From Camelus dromedarius (Eukaryota), in the NCBI RefSeq assembly GCF_036321535.1, contig NC_087437.1, positions 11,472,001 to 11,536,000 of the forward strand: a DNA stretch of 64,000 nucleotides. Reading direction: 5' to 3'. This document shows, one piece after another, positions 38,004 to 51,125 of the stretch; within the stretch, counting starts at the first letter, position 1, and each line of letters opens with the position of its first letter. The position numbers and the translations under genes are program-made. The notes beneath the pieces are model-generated. The model worked only from the letters and a program-made list of their open reading frames with translations, did not search any database and was not told the DNA's origin.

Positions 38004-40322
38004 AAGTATAGGTATACTTAAATAAAACGGGAGGAAACATTTAAAATTGGAACAGTTCTTGGAACACCAGATCATGTAATTATACCTACAGTGTTTCACG
38101 CTAATCCAGATGCGTCAGTCAATGCAGAGATTAGCCCTTAAAGACAACTCTATCCAGTTCTAGTTTTTGGCAGCAGAGGTGCACACGAGGTGTCAGTGGA
38201 ACGTAACTCTATCAGTCATGCTTGAGTCACAGCTGCCTCAGTCCCTGTAGAACAAGCACCCTTCACTCGTCCTAACTGTGACCATTATCTCCCTCCTGGT
38301 GACTTAGACAGAAGGGCCAATCTAGACCAGACCGAGGCGAGCTGGAGCAAGCCAGAGTTCCCTTTCCACTTCCCCTTCACCTCCGAGCTTGGGGAAAGTC
38401 ATGCCCAGCTGGCAGCAATGGAGTGAGGCTGAGACCAACCTCTGCTGCTCACTTCCATCACCCTCGTCTTTGCCCACCACCCTGTCAGTCTCTCTACTTC
38501 CTGGAAGCACGTTTACTCTGTTTAAAGAATCTAGAGTTAAGGTATTTGTGTTGGCGTTCATCAGGTCTTTAGTTTCATATCCATTTTTTTCTGTGACTAT
38601 TCCCCAGCTCCCCTTCTAAACAATGCTCCAAGCATTTACAGAACAGAGGGCGCGTTCACAATTCCTTCAACGAATGTGTACTGAGCCCTGATTGTTCGCC
38701 AGGAAGTGAGCTGCGGGCTGAGGATACAATGGTAGCATCCTCACCTTCAAAGAACTTTCAGCTTATTGGAAAGAACATGGCACTGTTCCAGAACCACTGG
38801 AAGGGGTCCAGGCAGAACTCAGCAATGAGCCTGAGGAGGCAGAGAGCGTTCACACATGGGAAGAGGTCAGAGCGGTGGTTAAAGACCTGGTCAACTCAGA
38901 GGAAGGGATGGTAAAAACACTTTTATATATTAAACAAAGATTCACTGCACTTTGGTTGGAAACTGCAGCCAGGGGTGGAGACCTGTGGTCTTTATCAGCC
39001 ACACTGGGATTCACACCCCTCAGGCTCACTTCTTCATGCTACAGACCACCCATCAGGCTTGCTCTTGTAGGTCACTGTGTGGTACAGGAGGCCAGCCTTC
39101 GGGCCGGGTTCAAGTCCTGCAATGCCATTTAGAGCTGAGAGACAGTGGACACGTTGCTTGAATTCCTGGTTTCTCATCTGCAGTAGGAACTCTAGGGCGA
39201 GGAACATGCTTTGAAGATTTCCACTGTTGCCAGATATTCTGAAGGACTTCCCACAGCAATACAACCTGACTACAATGAGCAAAATGTTTGAAATTCTGCA
39301 GGGCTTGCAGAAAACCTCGAAGAGGTATGATGAACTAAAACAAGGAGAGTGAGTGGGGAGCAAATGAATGAACTGCACTTGCCGTGGGGCGAAATGTTGA
39401 GCTAGCATTGGGATCAGAAGCAAAAGCCTGGGGCTCAGTACAGGTCGGGGAGTTAAACACGAGACCTACCTTACGCCAAAATCCTTACAGGGACTAGAGT
39501 AGCCTCAGCACAGAAACAGGTGGAGAGCTAGATTTGCTCTGTGGATCCCTGCTCTGAGACAATAATAATGTTTAACATAGGCAGCTGCTTTATAATTTAT
39601 AAAATCATTTCTATATATTATCTAATTTAATGTGTACAATTCCTGTAAGCTAAGTCAAAGGTAGAATAGCTTTTATCCTTTAGACACAGCAAATCATGAA
39701 TAAGACAAGCAGAAAAATTAACATTAGGTATAAACCAAAGAAGATTAGATACGATGCTATAGCTTCCTAGAAGGAGGGGACAGAAAGGTTGAGGAAAAGT
39801 CGAAAATGCTCTATGGTGCCACTACCATCATCAACTGAACTATCCACAAAAATGAAATAAACTGTTTAGACCAAGTCGTGTCTTGTTTCCTTTCTTCATC
39901 TATGGATGTCCTTTACCACAGAAGGCAGTGAAAGCTGTGATTTGACACACTGCTGGCGGCCACCTTAGCTGCACTGTTTCCCTGGCAATGGCCAAGAAAA
40001 CAGACAATTCATGTACACCTGAACTTACAGTGTTCGAGCATTTCCTCTTCTCATTTTGTATGTGCAGGAGTGACTTCCTTCATTTGGTGGGACAGCATTT
40101 TAGACCTGGACTGTAGCTCAGAAACCCCCTCATTTAACTGTTGCATTTTTAGGTGGAGTCAGGAGAGGTTCAGAGGGACAGATCAGACTATGAATAGCAG
40201 TCCTGTATTGGTTGTGGAATATATGGTGTGTTGTCAATATCATGTCACTATCACTTTCCACGCATCATAACCCTATAAAGACAAGCGCACTGGCTGACAC
40301 ACATGAATGCTGGTGCAGGGAG

Positions 40323-40565
40323 CAGAGGGGAAAGAAGGAGAGGGAGTTCGAAATTTGTAGATACTGACAGGCATATGCAGAGTAGATAAACAAGATTATA
40401 CTGTATAGCACAGGAAAATATACACAAGATCTTGTGGTAGCTCACAGCGAAAAAGAATGTGACAATGAATATATGTATGTTCATGTATAACTGAAAAATC
40501 ATGCTGTACACTGGAATTTGACACAACATTGTAAAATGACTCAATAAAAAAATGTTTTAAAAAAA
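40323..40565 (+). mobile_element. Camelid L1 3'UTR fragment (younger subfamily)
   Basis: GGGAGTTCGAAATTTGTAGATACTGAC...CTGTATAGCACAGG...GTAGCTCACAGCGAAAAAGAA...CATTGTAAAATGAC, AATAAA and A tail. 5' boundary uncertain (40323-40342). Confidence 0.9.
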
Positions 40566-43189
40566 GCCATAATCTGTGTAATTTCAAACTATAGGAACGA
40601 CCTCTTTAAACACCTATTACTATACCTTGTGTATAGTAAATTGTAAAAAAAAAAATTTGTTGAATGTAAAAAATAAACCACAGTTTTTCAATTCAAAAAT
40701 AAAAAAGGAGAAGGAAGAGACATCATCGTGTCTGCCGGGTGAGGTGCTAGTGGACCCTTTCCATGCAACAACATCTGACTTAATTATCATGACTCTGCCA
40801 GGAGGAGGCTGTATTCGCATTTTGCAAAAGAGGATGTGAGGGCTTCAGCAATGCATCAGCCAGCTAGCTGGTGACTGGTGGAGCTGAGGCTTGAATTCAG
40901 GTCTCTACTGGCTTCAAAGCGCCTTTTACTGCATACCCTGCTTCCATCACATCACAGGGAGTTCTGCATTGGGGAACAACTGCAGAAAGGAAAGATGAGG
41001 AGAAAATGGCAAAATCAACTTCTGTTGTAAGACATCGGATGACAGATATCCATCCATTTGTCTGAACTCAACAACAGGGCAGTATTTTACTCCAGGCTTG
41101 AGTCATTTTTAACATTCTCCTCCTCTAAACCACAACGTTTTTCCAGCAACAATCACAATGCGAAACAAAGATATTTCACGTTCCACTAAAAATTACACTT
41201 ACCAAACAAAAATATCTCAACTCACAACGGACACGCTGTTTCACTGTTTCAAATTTAAAACACAAATAAAAATGCCAAGTGGTCACATAATAAGATAGAA
41301 CTGAAGTAGCTCAGGAGCCGTTTCCTGGACTGTACATCACGGAACTATCATTGGTTATTTTTAAACTATTTAAATGCTAACCACGTAGTGCCTCAAGGGC
41401 TGGAGATTCAAACACTACTAAAGCCCTGAACATCATTCAAATTTCTAGGAAATAACTCTGGAAATCAAGATGTGCAGCTGAGTCCTGTAATCCTGGGGCT
41501 GACTGAATAGCCGCGAATTCTCCAAATTAACTTTCCTATGAACTTATGTTTATTAAAAGATAAGGAATAAAATGTGCTAGTTTGAAGCTGACATATATAT
41601 TCCTATAACTCAACAGTAATGGCAGCAATTGCTTACAACTTAGATCAACAAGGGGAAGTATGTCATTACTGAGATTCTTTAGAACAGAGCATGATGATAA
41701 TGAAGTAAAAATGAAAGCAGCTGACTTTTCATCGGTTTCGTTATTGTTTTTAACCAGGCCCCCCCCCAACCCCCGCAAGCTGGCAGGGGGCTGAATGTTA
41801 GCTTTGGTCCCCCTGGCTCCAGTTTTACTACAAGGAACTGCTGGTTAAGATCCTAACTGAAGTCACCACTTAAGTTTAGGCCATGGTACCCTTTGACTCA
41901 TTCTTTAAAGAGGTTAGTGGCTCTACGTCACTTGAGTTGTGTTGGCGTATTATTTTCAAAAGAGCCCCAGGAAAGAAAGACTATGATTAGTCCCGTATGA
42001 TGGATGAAGAACAGAGGCTGAGGGAGGATAAGCAACTTGCACGAGGTCAGGGAACCAGCAGGTCTAGGGCTGGAGCCCCAAGGCAGTTCTAACTTTGCAT
42101 CTATTTGCCTAACCTTTATAGTACGTCTGTGAGCAATAAAGAGGCTAACAATTCTAAGACAAACACAACTTCAAAGTGATAAATTTAGCTTAAGATTAAA
42201 GTACAAAAGAAAAAGGACGGGTTTGTCTCTGCACCACTTGTGAGAATATTTTGACCCAAGAACCCTAGAGGCCCAGGGTGGCATCATGCAGCCTCGGTCC
42301 ATGACAAAGAGAAAGGTTATGACGAAAGGTGCAGCCATTGAATGGAAGATAAGGCTCAGGACATGATTCCTATCCGGTCTTCCATCAAATGGTGAAGGAG
42401 ATCACATTCTTTGAAGGATACTTGGTAGAGATTTTATGTTATCATCTTATTAGTAAGTATCATTTGTCTGTAAATGGCTTTACTTGGAGATTTTCTGTTT
42501 GGTTTAATTTGAAAGCCTCTGCAGAAATTTCCAGCAGCGCAACGATTATCCACGGTCACCCTTTCATCCTGATCCTAGTTTGGCTGGATAGGTGTTACCC
42601 ACAAAGTCAGAGACTGCGTAGCATCTTATACTTCCCTCAAGGAGAAAGCCATTCCCAGCCCCTCACCTGTGCTGTGTCCAGCAGCAGCTTCCTCAGGGCT
42701 GGAAACCAGGGCACTTTGGAAGCTGGTGCCCCACAGAACCCCTTCCGTACCCCGTGGTTCTAACCCTGGGAAGTGCTGGGGGCATTCGTCCTTTACTAGT
42801 CTATGGTTCCGTTTTAAAGAATGGCTTTAAATGCACTTCAAAACAGTTCAATCTACGTCTGATACTTACAATCCTTTTTCTTACGACACATAATTTTGTG
42901 TTTCTAAGATCTGCTACGATGACACTCAATCTGTTTAATGGTGGAACATGGGTTCAGTTCACACTCATCATGCTCCTTCTCTGTCTTTCCAATAAACCCT
43001 GGAAATGACAGTCCTGCCACTTCACTGGCACTGTCTTCACCCCAGGTTCTTTCACAAAACTTTGGACTTCCACAGCAAATCTGCGAGACAGACAGAGCCA
43101 GTATCACCTTCCACAGCTAAAAGATGAGAAAATTGAGGCATAAAATGTTTAGGAGGAGTCCTGGTCTGTAATTCGAATCCTTCTACTTA

Positions 43190-43370
43190 TGGCATGCTGG
43201 TAAAACAGCTCTTAAAAAAAAAAAAGCTCCAGTTTATAGCATTTGCTGATTCGCAAGTGTAAATAATTCCCCCACAGCCACTTCAAGGTACCAACACGAT
43301 GCTACTGCGTGTGGAGCTGGGAAGTCACATGGGAGGCTGGTTGTCTCGAGGCAGCACTAGCTCCAGCATG
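43190..43370. mobile_element. MER63-like hAT-Blackjack MITE
   Basis: TGCTGGTAAAACAGCTC, TTTATAGCATTTGCTGATT..GTGTAAATA..CCCCCACAGCC..TTCAAGGTACCAAC. Confidence 0.65.
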
Positions 43371-43442
43371 GACTCCTCGGCTCCTAACCCAGCGCCCTTT
43401 ATGTGCTGTCATGGTGTTAACTGAAAACCCCTATGGGCGGCC

Positions 43443-43582
43443 AGGAGGCGATAGCTCAGTGGTAGAGTGCGGGCTTAGCATGCAGGAGGTCCTGGGTTCA
43501 ATCCCCAGTACTGCCATTTAAATAAATAAATAAGTAAGTAAACCTAATTACCCTCCCACCCCCACCCCCACCCCCGAAAAAC
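43443..43582 (+). mobile_element. Camelid tRNA-Ala-derived SINE
   Basis: GATAGCTCAGTGGTAGAG...CTTAGCATGC...GGGTTCAATCCCCAGTAC, (TAAA)n, CCTAATTACC. Degenerate TSD AAAACCCCTAT / AAAACCTCTGT. Confidence 0.9.
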
Positions 43583-44421
43583 AAAACCTCTGTCTAGCCC
43601 AAGGCACTGGAGGGGAAGCCTCAGGCCGATGAGCACATGTGTCCCTATGGGAACCTCAGTCACAGACATTCCTTCTGCAGACCCTGGCCTGCTGGAGGCG
43701 GTATCTTCCAGCTGAAGATCTCCAGGCATCTTCCATGCCTGTCTGATCATCCCCATTTTACAGACAGGGGGACCAATGTCCTGGAAATCAGACGACATGG
43801 AAACCATGCTCCAAGTCACACAGTATACTGAGGACCTCACTACTGCACCAGGATGCCTCACTCATCACTGTGAAAGAGACTTCTGAAAATGTGGCAGGAA
43901 GTTCGGGACACTCGTCCAGAAAAATATGAGAAATGGGAACATCGTAGGGCAACAGACATCCCACAGGTCTATGTGGGCTGTGGTTTTCAGACTAGCTTCA
44001 TAGAGCCTCAGGGGCCTAGAGGTCTTCTCAGGGACATGGAAGGAGGTAAGACATACGGGGGGAAGACTCTGGACCCTCCCATCCAAATGTGAATTAAAGC
44101 ACTCATCTACTTTATATGCTGGTTGTCAGATTAAGATTTTTTTTTTTTGAAGAAAAGTTTCTGTGACTTAAATTTAAAAAACTGGAAAACTGCAGCAAAG
44201 ACCAAAGTCCACACTGTTAATTTTCAAACAAGGCTCCTTGGTGTGAGATACTGGGCCTCATAAACCAAAGGGGGCCTCCTGGCTGCTCCTTTCCCATGGT
44301 CTGGTGAGATAATGTATGTGCAAACACACTGAAGAGAACGAGGGGTAGGTAAGCTGGAATCAGCATGGGTCCTTTAGCCTCCATCTGATCCGTGGATGGC
44401 AGCCTCACTGGTGGTGTTTCT

Positions 44422-44431
44422 GTCACGTGAC
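44422..44431. promoter_or_regulatory. Perfect palindromic CLEAR/E-box GTCACGTGAC (MiT/TFE or USF type)
   Basis: Exact 10-bp consensus with intact CpG in apparently non-repetitive sequence; function unproven. Confidence 0.3.
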
Positions 44432-44974
44432 CACCAAAACCATCCAGGCATCCCACGTCCTCAGCTGACGCCCTGGAGACCAGCCAGGAGTCCCAGCCCG
44501 GCAGCCTGAGCAAGCACACGAAGGTAGCCCCCCTTCACACACTCACTGGGGTGGCATGAGCACAGGCCACAAAGACCGATGACAAGCCCTTGTGCAAGAC
44601 AACAAGGCGGCTCAGAAGCACAATAAAGCACCAGGTTGCCAGACCGACAAACCTACAGGTGCCTTATCATGCATGGCTTATGGAAAACCAAAGAAAGAAA
44701 GAAAACCGTTTTCATCATTAGTCAAAGTAATTCAACTATTGTAAGTAGAAAAGAGACACAGGGCATGTGCCCTATCAAGCAGTATAGACTGAATCTGCAC
44801 AACAGCGTGTTAACTTAGGGTCTACTCATAACAAATACTACGTGCTAAATGTCTCCCGAGACATCATCATAAGCGTACAGTAAAGGTAGACCTAATAATG
44901 AAGGATATGGTTTTGAAAACAAGCATTCATCCTGAAGCTCCAATGGAAAAGTATGTAGAAAGAGAATACAAATA

Positions 44975-45301
44975 CATGTGGAGTCTAAAAAAAAAAGACA
45001 CAAATGAACTTATTTACAAAACAGAAACAGACTCACAGACATAGAAAACAATGGTTACCAGGGGCAAAAGGCGGCGGGTGGAGGGATAAACTGGGAGTTT
45101 GGGATTTGCAGATACTAACTCCTACATATAAAATAGATGAACAACAAGGTCCTACTGTGTAGCACAGGGAACTACATTCAATAGCTTGCAATAGCCTATA
45201 ATGAAAAAGAATATGAAAAGGAATATATATATAACTGAATCACTATGCCATACTCCAGAAATTAACACAACATTGTAAATCAACTATACTTCAAAAAAAA
45301 T
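44975..45301 (+). mobile_element. 5'-truncated L1 3'UTR
   Basis: GAACTTATTTACAAAACAGAAACAGACTCACAGACATAGAAAACAA...TACTTCAAAAAAAA. TSD AGAATACA(A/T)ATA at 44963-44974 and 45302-45313. Confidence 0.92.
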
Positions 45302-46859
45302 AGAATACATATATAATTGTTCCTGTGATGCTTTAATAAAGTATATGTATACATGTATGTGCAAAGAGTTTTAATATATGTTTGCTTATGTGTGCATAAT
45401 TTATAATGTCCTTTTTAAGATTAATTAAATGCCGTATAACTTCTTGCTAAAACAAAATGTCTTTCAGGCTGACACTATTATTTCAAAAGAAATAAAGGCA
45501 TAAGGGGCATATTTTAAAGGCATAATTTAAAGAATTATAAGATTTTCAAATCACATAAAATAACCATGAAGGCAAGCATTTGTGGAATCCAGGTCAGAAT
45601 ACTATGTATAGTAGGATGAAGGCTCCTAAGTGTCTTATTTTTCTCTAGATTTTAATGAGAATATGAAATGAATGCAAACATGAAAAGGGAAGTGAGGATA
45701 AAATGAAGTTTTGGTTCGTCAAGGCCTGCCTGTTTCACTTTCTTCTAAGAGCACGTGCACTGAGACACAATGTTTGAATCCCTTTGGTTGCAAATGAATG
45801 TAAAACCTTGAAGGCAGATGTTAGTGTCTTACTAAAAATCCAGAACACAGGCAGTGATGGAAAACATTCCTCTCTATTACCCTCAAAGCTTAAATTTTGC
45901 CATACTAGCCAGGCACGTAAAAAGTTAATCTTTAGCCAAGCTAGTGTGCTTAAAATAGTTCGTCTATTGTTCTCAACAAGTTATAAACCTGGATTATGAA
46001 ACTGTTAAACACTAGAGATAGAAAACTCAAATACACAAATTCTTTTGCACACATTTCCCCCTCTGCTTTACTCTCCTTTTGCAAAGGCTCAGATTTTATG
46101 ACTGAGGGATTAATAAAAAAGAAAAAAGAAAAGCGAACTTCTATAAGGCAAAGCCACGTGTTCACAGACATATTTTAAAGTGGCATCCGTTGTCTTCCTT
46201 TTAAATAATAATTTTGGATTTGGTTGATGTGTCATATTAAAATGCTTCTAGTTCAAACATTCTATTAATATTACATTTAGCTATACTGAAAAAAAGAAAA
46301 AAAGCTACTTCAAGAACATGCTTAAATGTCACCTAGTTCTAAATTTGGCTAGTCTCCTATCCTGCAACTGATAGAAAATAACAAAAATCTGGAAAGTATT
46401 CTCAATATTATCATTAGAACCCTGAAAAGTTGGTACTTTTACCCCATTTTACAGACAACCTCAAGCCCAAGGATGCTGAGGTCTGCTGGGATTTGAACCC
46501 AACTTCAAGTCCATTTCTCTTCCCCTTATTCCAAAGCTGTTTCTACAGCTGACCATATCCCATTTAAAAGAAAATAAAGAGATAAATACGTTTTAGAATT
46601 TACAGAAATATAGAGAAATTGGGAAAGCATTACTAGCTTTTCACAAAGGATTTACCCCCAGATTAAGTGACCAGCTCCCATAACTCACTTAAAGAGGCCT
46701 ACATTGTCCTCAGTATTTTTAGGAAACTTTCTGTGAATATAAAGCAGCCTTGCATACAGAGCCAAGCTTGGTGACTGATCAGATCTATTTGTGCTTCAGC
46801 TGCAGTAACGCACCTGGCTCATACGGATGAAGGATGTACATAATGATAAACTTGGACCA

Positions 46860-47500
46860 AGTATTGTAGCCAGTTTCAGACACTGGACAACAGACAGTGC
46901 ATGACCGCTCCTTGGGAGGACGGAGCCTGGAGTTGAACTCGCTTGGCTTTCTGCCTCGGGGCACTTGTCACACTGCAGCTCAGGGAAGTGGAGTCTAAGC
47001 AGAGACCAGCTGAGTAGAGGAAACGATCTGGGTGGCAGATACAGCGGGACCTTGTGGGGCAGGGAACTGAAGAAGCTGCAAGGCAAAAGAACTCCAGAAA
47101 TAGGCACAGATGTTCCCTGGAGCCTTTAGCCAAATATTAAGCAGAGGGTACCTGAGGCCAAGCCCAAACAGATATTCTGTGAGAAGAGTTTTTGAAGGTT
47201 GCACACTGCCAGGAAATGGGTACCAACCAGTCAGAGAAAATAAATCTTGCTGAACTCTCCCAAGATTCAGCTGAGACCTCAAAATGGCAATACCTTAGAA
47301 AGACTAGTCCCAGAGCAAGGGCCACTCTAGATTTGCCTCAGCAAAGCCTAAAGCCAAGCCTCGACCAGCTCCCACTCATCTGCCAGAAGATGAAATGCCC
47401 GCCAGGTAAAAATTCATCCCTCTTTAAAGGAAGACAACAGGCAACGTTTTCACATTCTCACGGCCACGACGTCCACCATCAAGTAAAAACTCAGTACACT
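46860..47500 (+). mobile_element. Ancient L1 5'-region fragment (L1MC-type)
   Basis: Motifs GCTTTCTGCCTCGGGGCACTT, GAACTCCAGAAATAGGCACAG, CTAGATTTGCCTCAGCAAAGCCTAAAGCCAAGCC and CTCTTTAAAGGAAGACAAC resemble recalled L1MC 5' consensus. Confidence 0.6.
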
Positions 47501-47589
47501 GGAGTTCTGGTTGACATCGGGAGTAGACAGCTGTTGCTTCCTCCTGCTTCACATGTCGTTCTCCTGCTTCTAGGAACACAAATGTATAG

Positions 47590-47900
47590 CAAGAGGATTT
47601 TTCCCCAATAAGGAACATATTCCATCTGGTTTAGCCTGGGCCCTCCATTCTCACCGGTGGCCAAGTGACCAGGAGAGATGGAATGTCCTACATTTTGGAC
47701 ACAGGGATGTACTCATGACCCAAATTGGACCAGTGAGAGTCCTCTCTGGTACTTATCCCCTAAAATGTGGCCAAACTAGTGTGATGTGCAAGTAGGGGTG
47801 TTGATGACATCACACCTGCTGTACCAAGGGAGGTTGTTCAAGAGATGAAGTAGAGATGCAGCCATGATGAGGTCATTCGTGCCCTAGGATTTAGTTGTGT
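47590..47900 (+). mobile_element. MLT1-type MaLR LTR fragment
   Basis: GGGATGTACTCATGACCCAAATTGGACCAGTGAGAGTCCTCTCTGG motif. Confidence 0.55.
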
Positions 47901-49510
47901 CAAAAGGACTTTGCAAATTTGGTCGGTGGGATTCAGAAGTGCTAGATAATTAAGCAAGAACATTATTAAGCAATGTGGGCTCTACCCTGAGCCTCATATG
48001 CTCAGGACAGCAGGTGTGCTAGGCTGTGCAGACTGTGACTCAGAATGTAACTTACTGGCGAGAGAATCAACATTTGATAGCTGGAAATGGATAGTCCTGC
48101 CTCCTTGTTAAAGAGCTGCATTATCTTAGGCTAATCTCTTACCTCCCCTCGTCCCCCTCAACTCTGTAAACTGAGAAGGGAGACCTTCTAGGGCTCTTTC
48201 TAGCTACAAAATTTCATGAGTCTATGAAATAAGGGGCTTTCTAAAGTCAGCTAGATAACAGGTTCGTGCTGATTTATAAAAGTGTCTTGTTCAAGCCGAC
48301 AAAGAAAGGGTATGAGGTGAGAGATACAGGAATCCAGTGACCAAGCTTGAAGAAGAAGCTCATATAGTCTCCCCAGTTTGCTGACTCTCAGACCAAGTTT
48401 TCTGCTTGTGTTTGCAAGGTTGAACTAAACCAGTTCTTTCATCGCACAGCATAGGCTCAAGAGGAGCTCAGTGCGACGGAAGCGCAGACTGAATCGCGCA
48501 AGGGGGTGACTGTCTTCCCTCAGTCCTGTGTCCTTCGAAGATTTTGAACAAATCCCCTAACGCCTCCTCCACTTTCTAATACGTAAAATTACACTCGGTG
48601 ATTTAGCACTGATGTTATGAATAAAAAGGAGTAAAGATTGTGCAAATATGTGGATAAATGTAGTAAAATTACATCTTTTTGGCCATCTGTGCATTTGTTA
48701 GAGTCGCCTGAAAGTCCCACAGTGAACAGGCACTTGCTCTAGACCCAAAGGTAGCTTCTGATTTATTTTAATGAAAACATATGTCTATTGGTAGAGTCTC
48801 ATTGTATTTGAAAAGACACAACACCGCTCACCTTTTAGCCTTATGATCAAGGAAAGGCTAGTTCTTAAGAAGTGAGAAGACGAAAATATGAATGAAGACA
48901 AAGCCAAGCACCTATAAAAATACTGGGTATCTATTTTCTGACCCGGTGGCCTGTCAGTTCTTCAAGACTGAGTGACAATGGTCCCCGAGCCTTTCCTCGT
49001 TCAAAGGGGAACAGTTGAGAAGGGCTTCAGGGAGACACGCGGGAGGTGCCACAGGTAGGAAATAAGCAAACTGAGAATTTTGAACCCCAAAACTCATGAA
49101 TTAATATGTCTTAATTTTTTTCCCTCTTGGTAAATGCTATTCTAGAAAACATTTTATAAATGAAAATTTGGTTAAATCGGTTTCACCTTCATTTGGCTTT
49201 TTATAAAGGATAACAGAAAAGATCTTTTTTCTAGGTAAGAGGTAAGCACAAAGAACAAACTCAAATTTGTCAAAATTCCACAACTCAAATATAACCATTT
49301 TTTAAAAATTGGGTATATATTTTTTCAGCCTTTTTGGTTTGTTCGGTTTTTAATGCCAGAATCATTTGAAAGCATTTTATAATCATCATCTCACTGAACC
49401 CTTATAACAACTCGATGAGGCAGATATAAATTCTACTTTATAGATAGGGTCACACAGCCCCATCTAGTCCTGAAGCTTGTGGTTTTAAGCACTGCACTGC
49501 CTTGGATGCA

Positions 49511-49512
49511 TA

Positions 49513-49544
<32 letters not shown>

Positions 49545-49665
49545 CATATATATGTATATGTGCATGTCTCTATGTGCACTCACATATATATATGCATAAA
49601 CACACACACACGTGTACATATATGCATCCACATATATATGTATTTACGCATATACATTTATGTGT
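49511..49665. repeat. (TG)n followed by a degenerate (TA/CA/TG) low-complexity tract
   Basis: Visible directly; a similar tract lies at ~3558-3680. Confidence 0.9.
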
Positions 49666-50249
49666 TCATTTCTACATTCGTACATGTGCAAATTTTCACA
49701 ATTGTACCCTATACGTTGTAACTAATAGATTGTATTTTGTCATTTATTTTTCTTACAACTTATCAAGGAAAGGTTGCCAATTAGGTCAAAAGCCACTAAC
49801 TGAGAGATAAGAAAAGTCAGCTGCTATTTGTCAGGTATGGAGATCCAAGGGGACAAACATCTTGAGAATGTTTTCTGACCTGAAAAGAGACCAAGCCAAG
49901 AGAAACACCCTACTCAGGCTCCTTGATGTGGAAAGGTTTTGGCGCTATAGTAGAATGTATTTGCGTGCTTGCTTATTCGTTTTGTCTAGGAGTGGAAAGT
50001 TACCATGAAGCAATTTCTATACAGCAGGAGGATTCTGGGACACGTCTCCATAATTCACAAAGCTGACTCGGCAAGTACACGCGACATGTCTACCGTGCCC
50101 CACAAGGCTGAGCATGGTGCATGATGTTTTATAGACGTGAAGTCTGATTCCCACACCGCATCACACAAGCGCTGAGTGATTAAATCAGTCTGGATCCTCA
50201 CCGACTCCTCAACAGTTCACAACAAACTAATTTCATTCTCCTTATCCAC

Positions 50250-51050
50250 ATTTTTTTCTAGTTTCCCCCATCTCTCTTTTTAAAAATCACTGTCACCACC
50301 ATTATCCCAGTTTCTCTGGCAGAAAATTTGGACCCACTTTTACTCTCTCCTCTATTCCTCCCTCCTACACGAATACATCAAATTCTGCGAATTCTTTCTT
50401 TTTTATATCCTGCCATTGGCTCCTTCATTTACCTGCCCATATCTTTAACCTTGGTCAAGGTCCTTACAAGTAGCACCATCATTTCACTATAAGCAGCAGT
50501 AGGAGGAAAAGGGGACACTCCTGGCAATCACTCTGGTACGACCAGTTTACACCTGACTGCCCAGGGCACACCAGATGCACGTTCATTTTCTGTGAAATGC
50601 CCTCATCCACCTTCTCGTCATCTTCACTGTTTCCTGCATACACGGCCGCGTACTCATCCCTCAACAGAAAGGGCAAGCTTCCTGCTAAGTTTTTTAAAAT
50701 CAAATCCAGACTTCATACGACATTAGATGAACTTCCTGGTTCCTCCATCAGGTCTTTATCATCTGACCCCTCCCTAACTCTCTACGTTTGCATCCTCCTA
50801 TTCGTTTCCAGTTTCCTGCTCTTTCAATGAAGTTGTGGTTCTCAGTGGTCCCCACACATCCTGGGCATACTCACCCGCATTTCCTCATTTGTACCTTCCC
50901 TACTCCTCTCCACTGCAGGATTCCCACTCCTCGTGAGTCTGTCTCACTTCACATACCAGCTCTAAATGCCTGGCCGTATGAACACATACTGTACCATTTT
51001 GGTGCTCAGAACAGATCATCCTAGACTTTTCTTTTGTCTGTGTGTCCCAT
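50250..51050 (+). mobile_element. L2 LINE fragment
   Basis: CACCACCATTATCCCAG, AAAATCAAATCCAGACTTC and CCTTTAACCTTGGTC-type L2 motifs. Confidence 0.6.
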
Positions 51051-51125
51051 CTAGACAATTAATAGAGTAATTTACAGCTTTGAAGAACTTTACAGCTCAC
51101 AAAATACCTCTTTTTTCTGGACTAT

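Noticed and set aside
47462..47569. Minus-strand exon-like segment (CCTAG|AAGCAG...GGCC|GTGAGA)
   Set aside because: Lies at the boundary of old L1 and MLT fragments, has a weak donor context, and is frame-incompatible with the other candidates.
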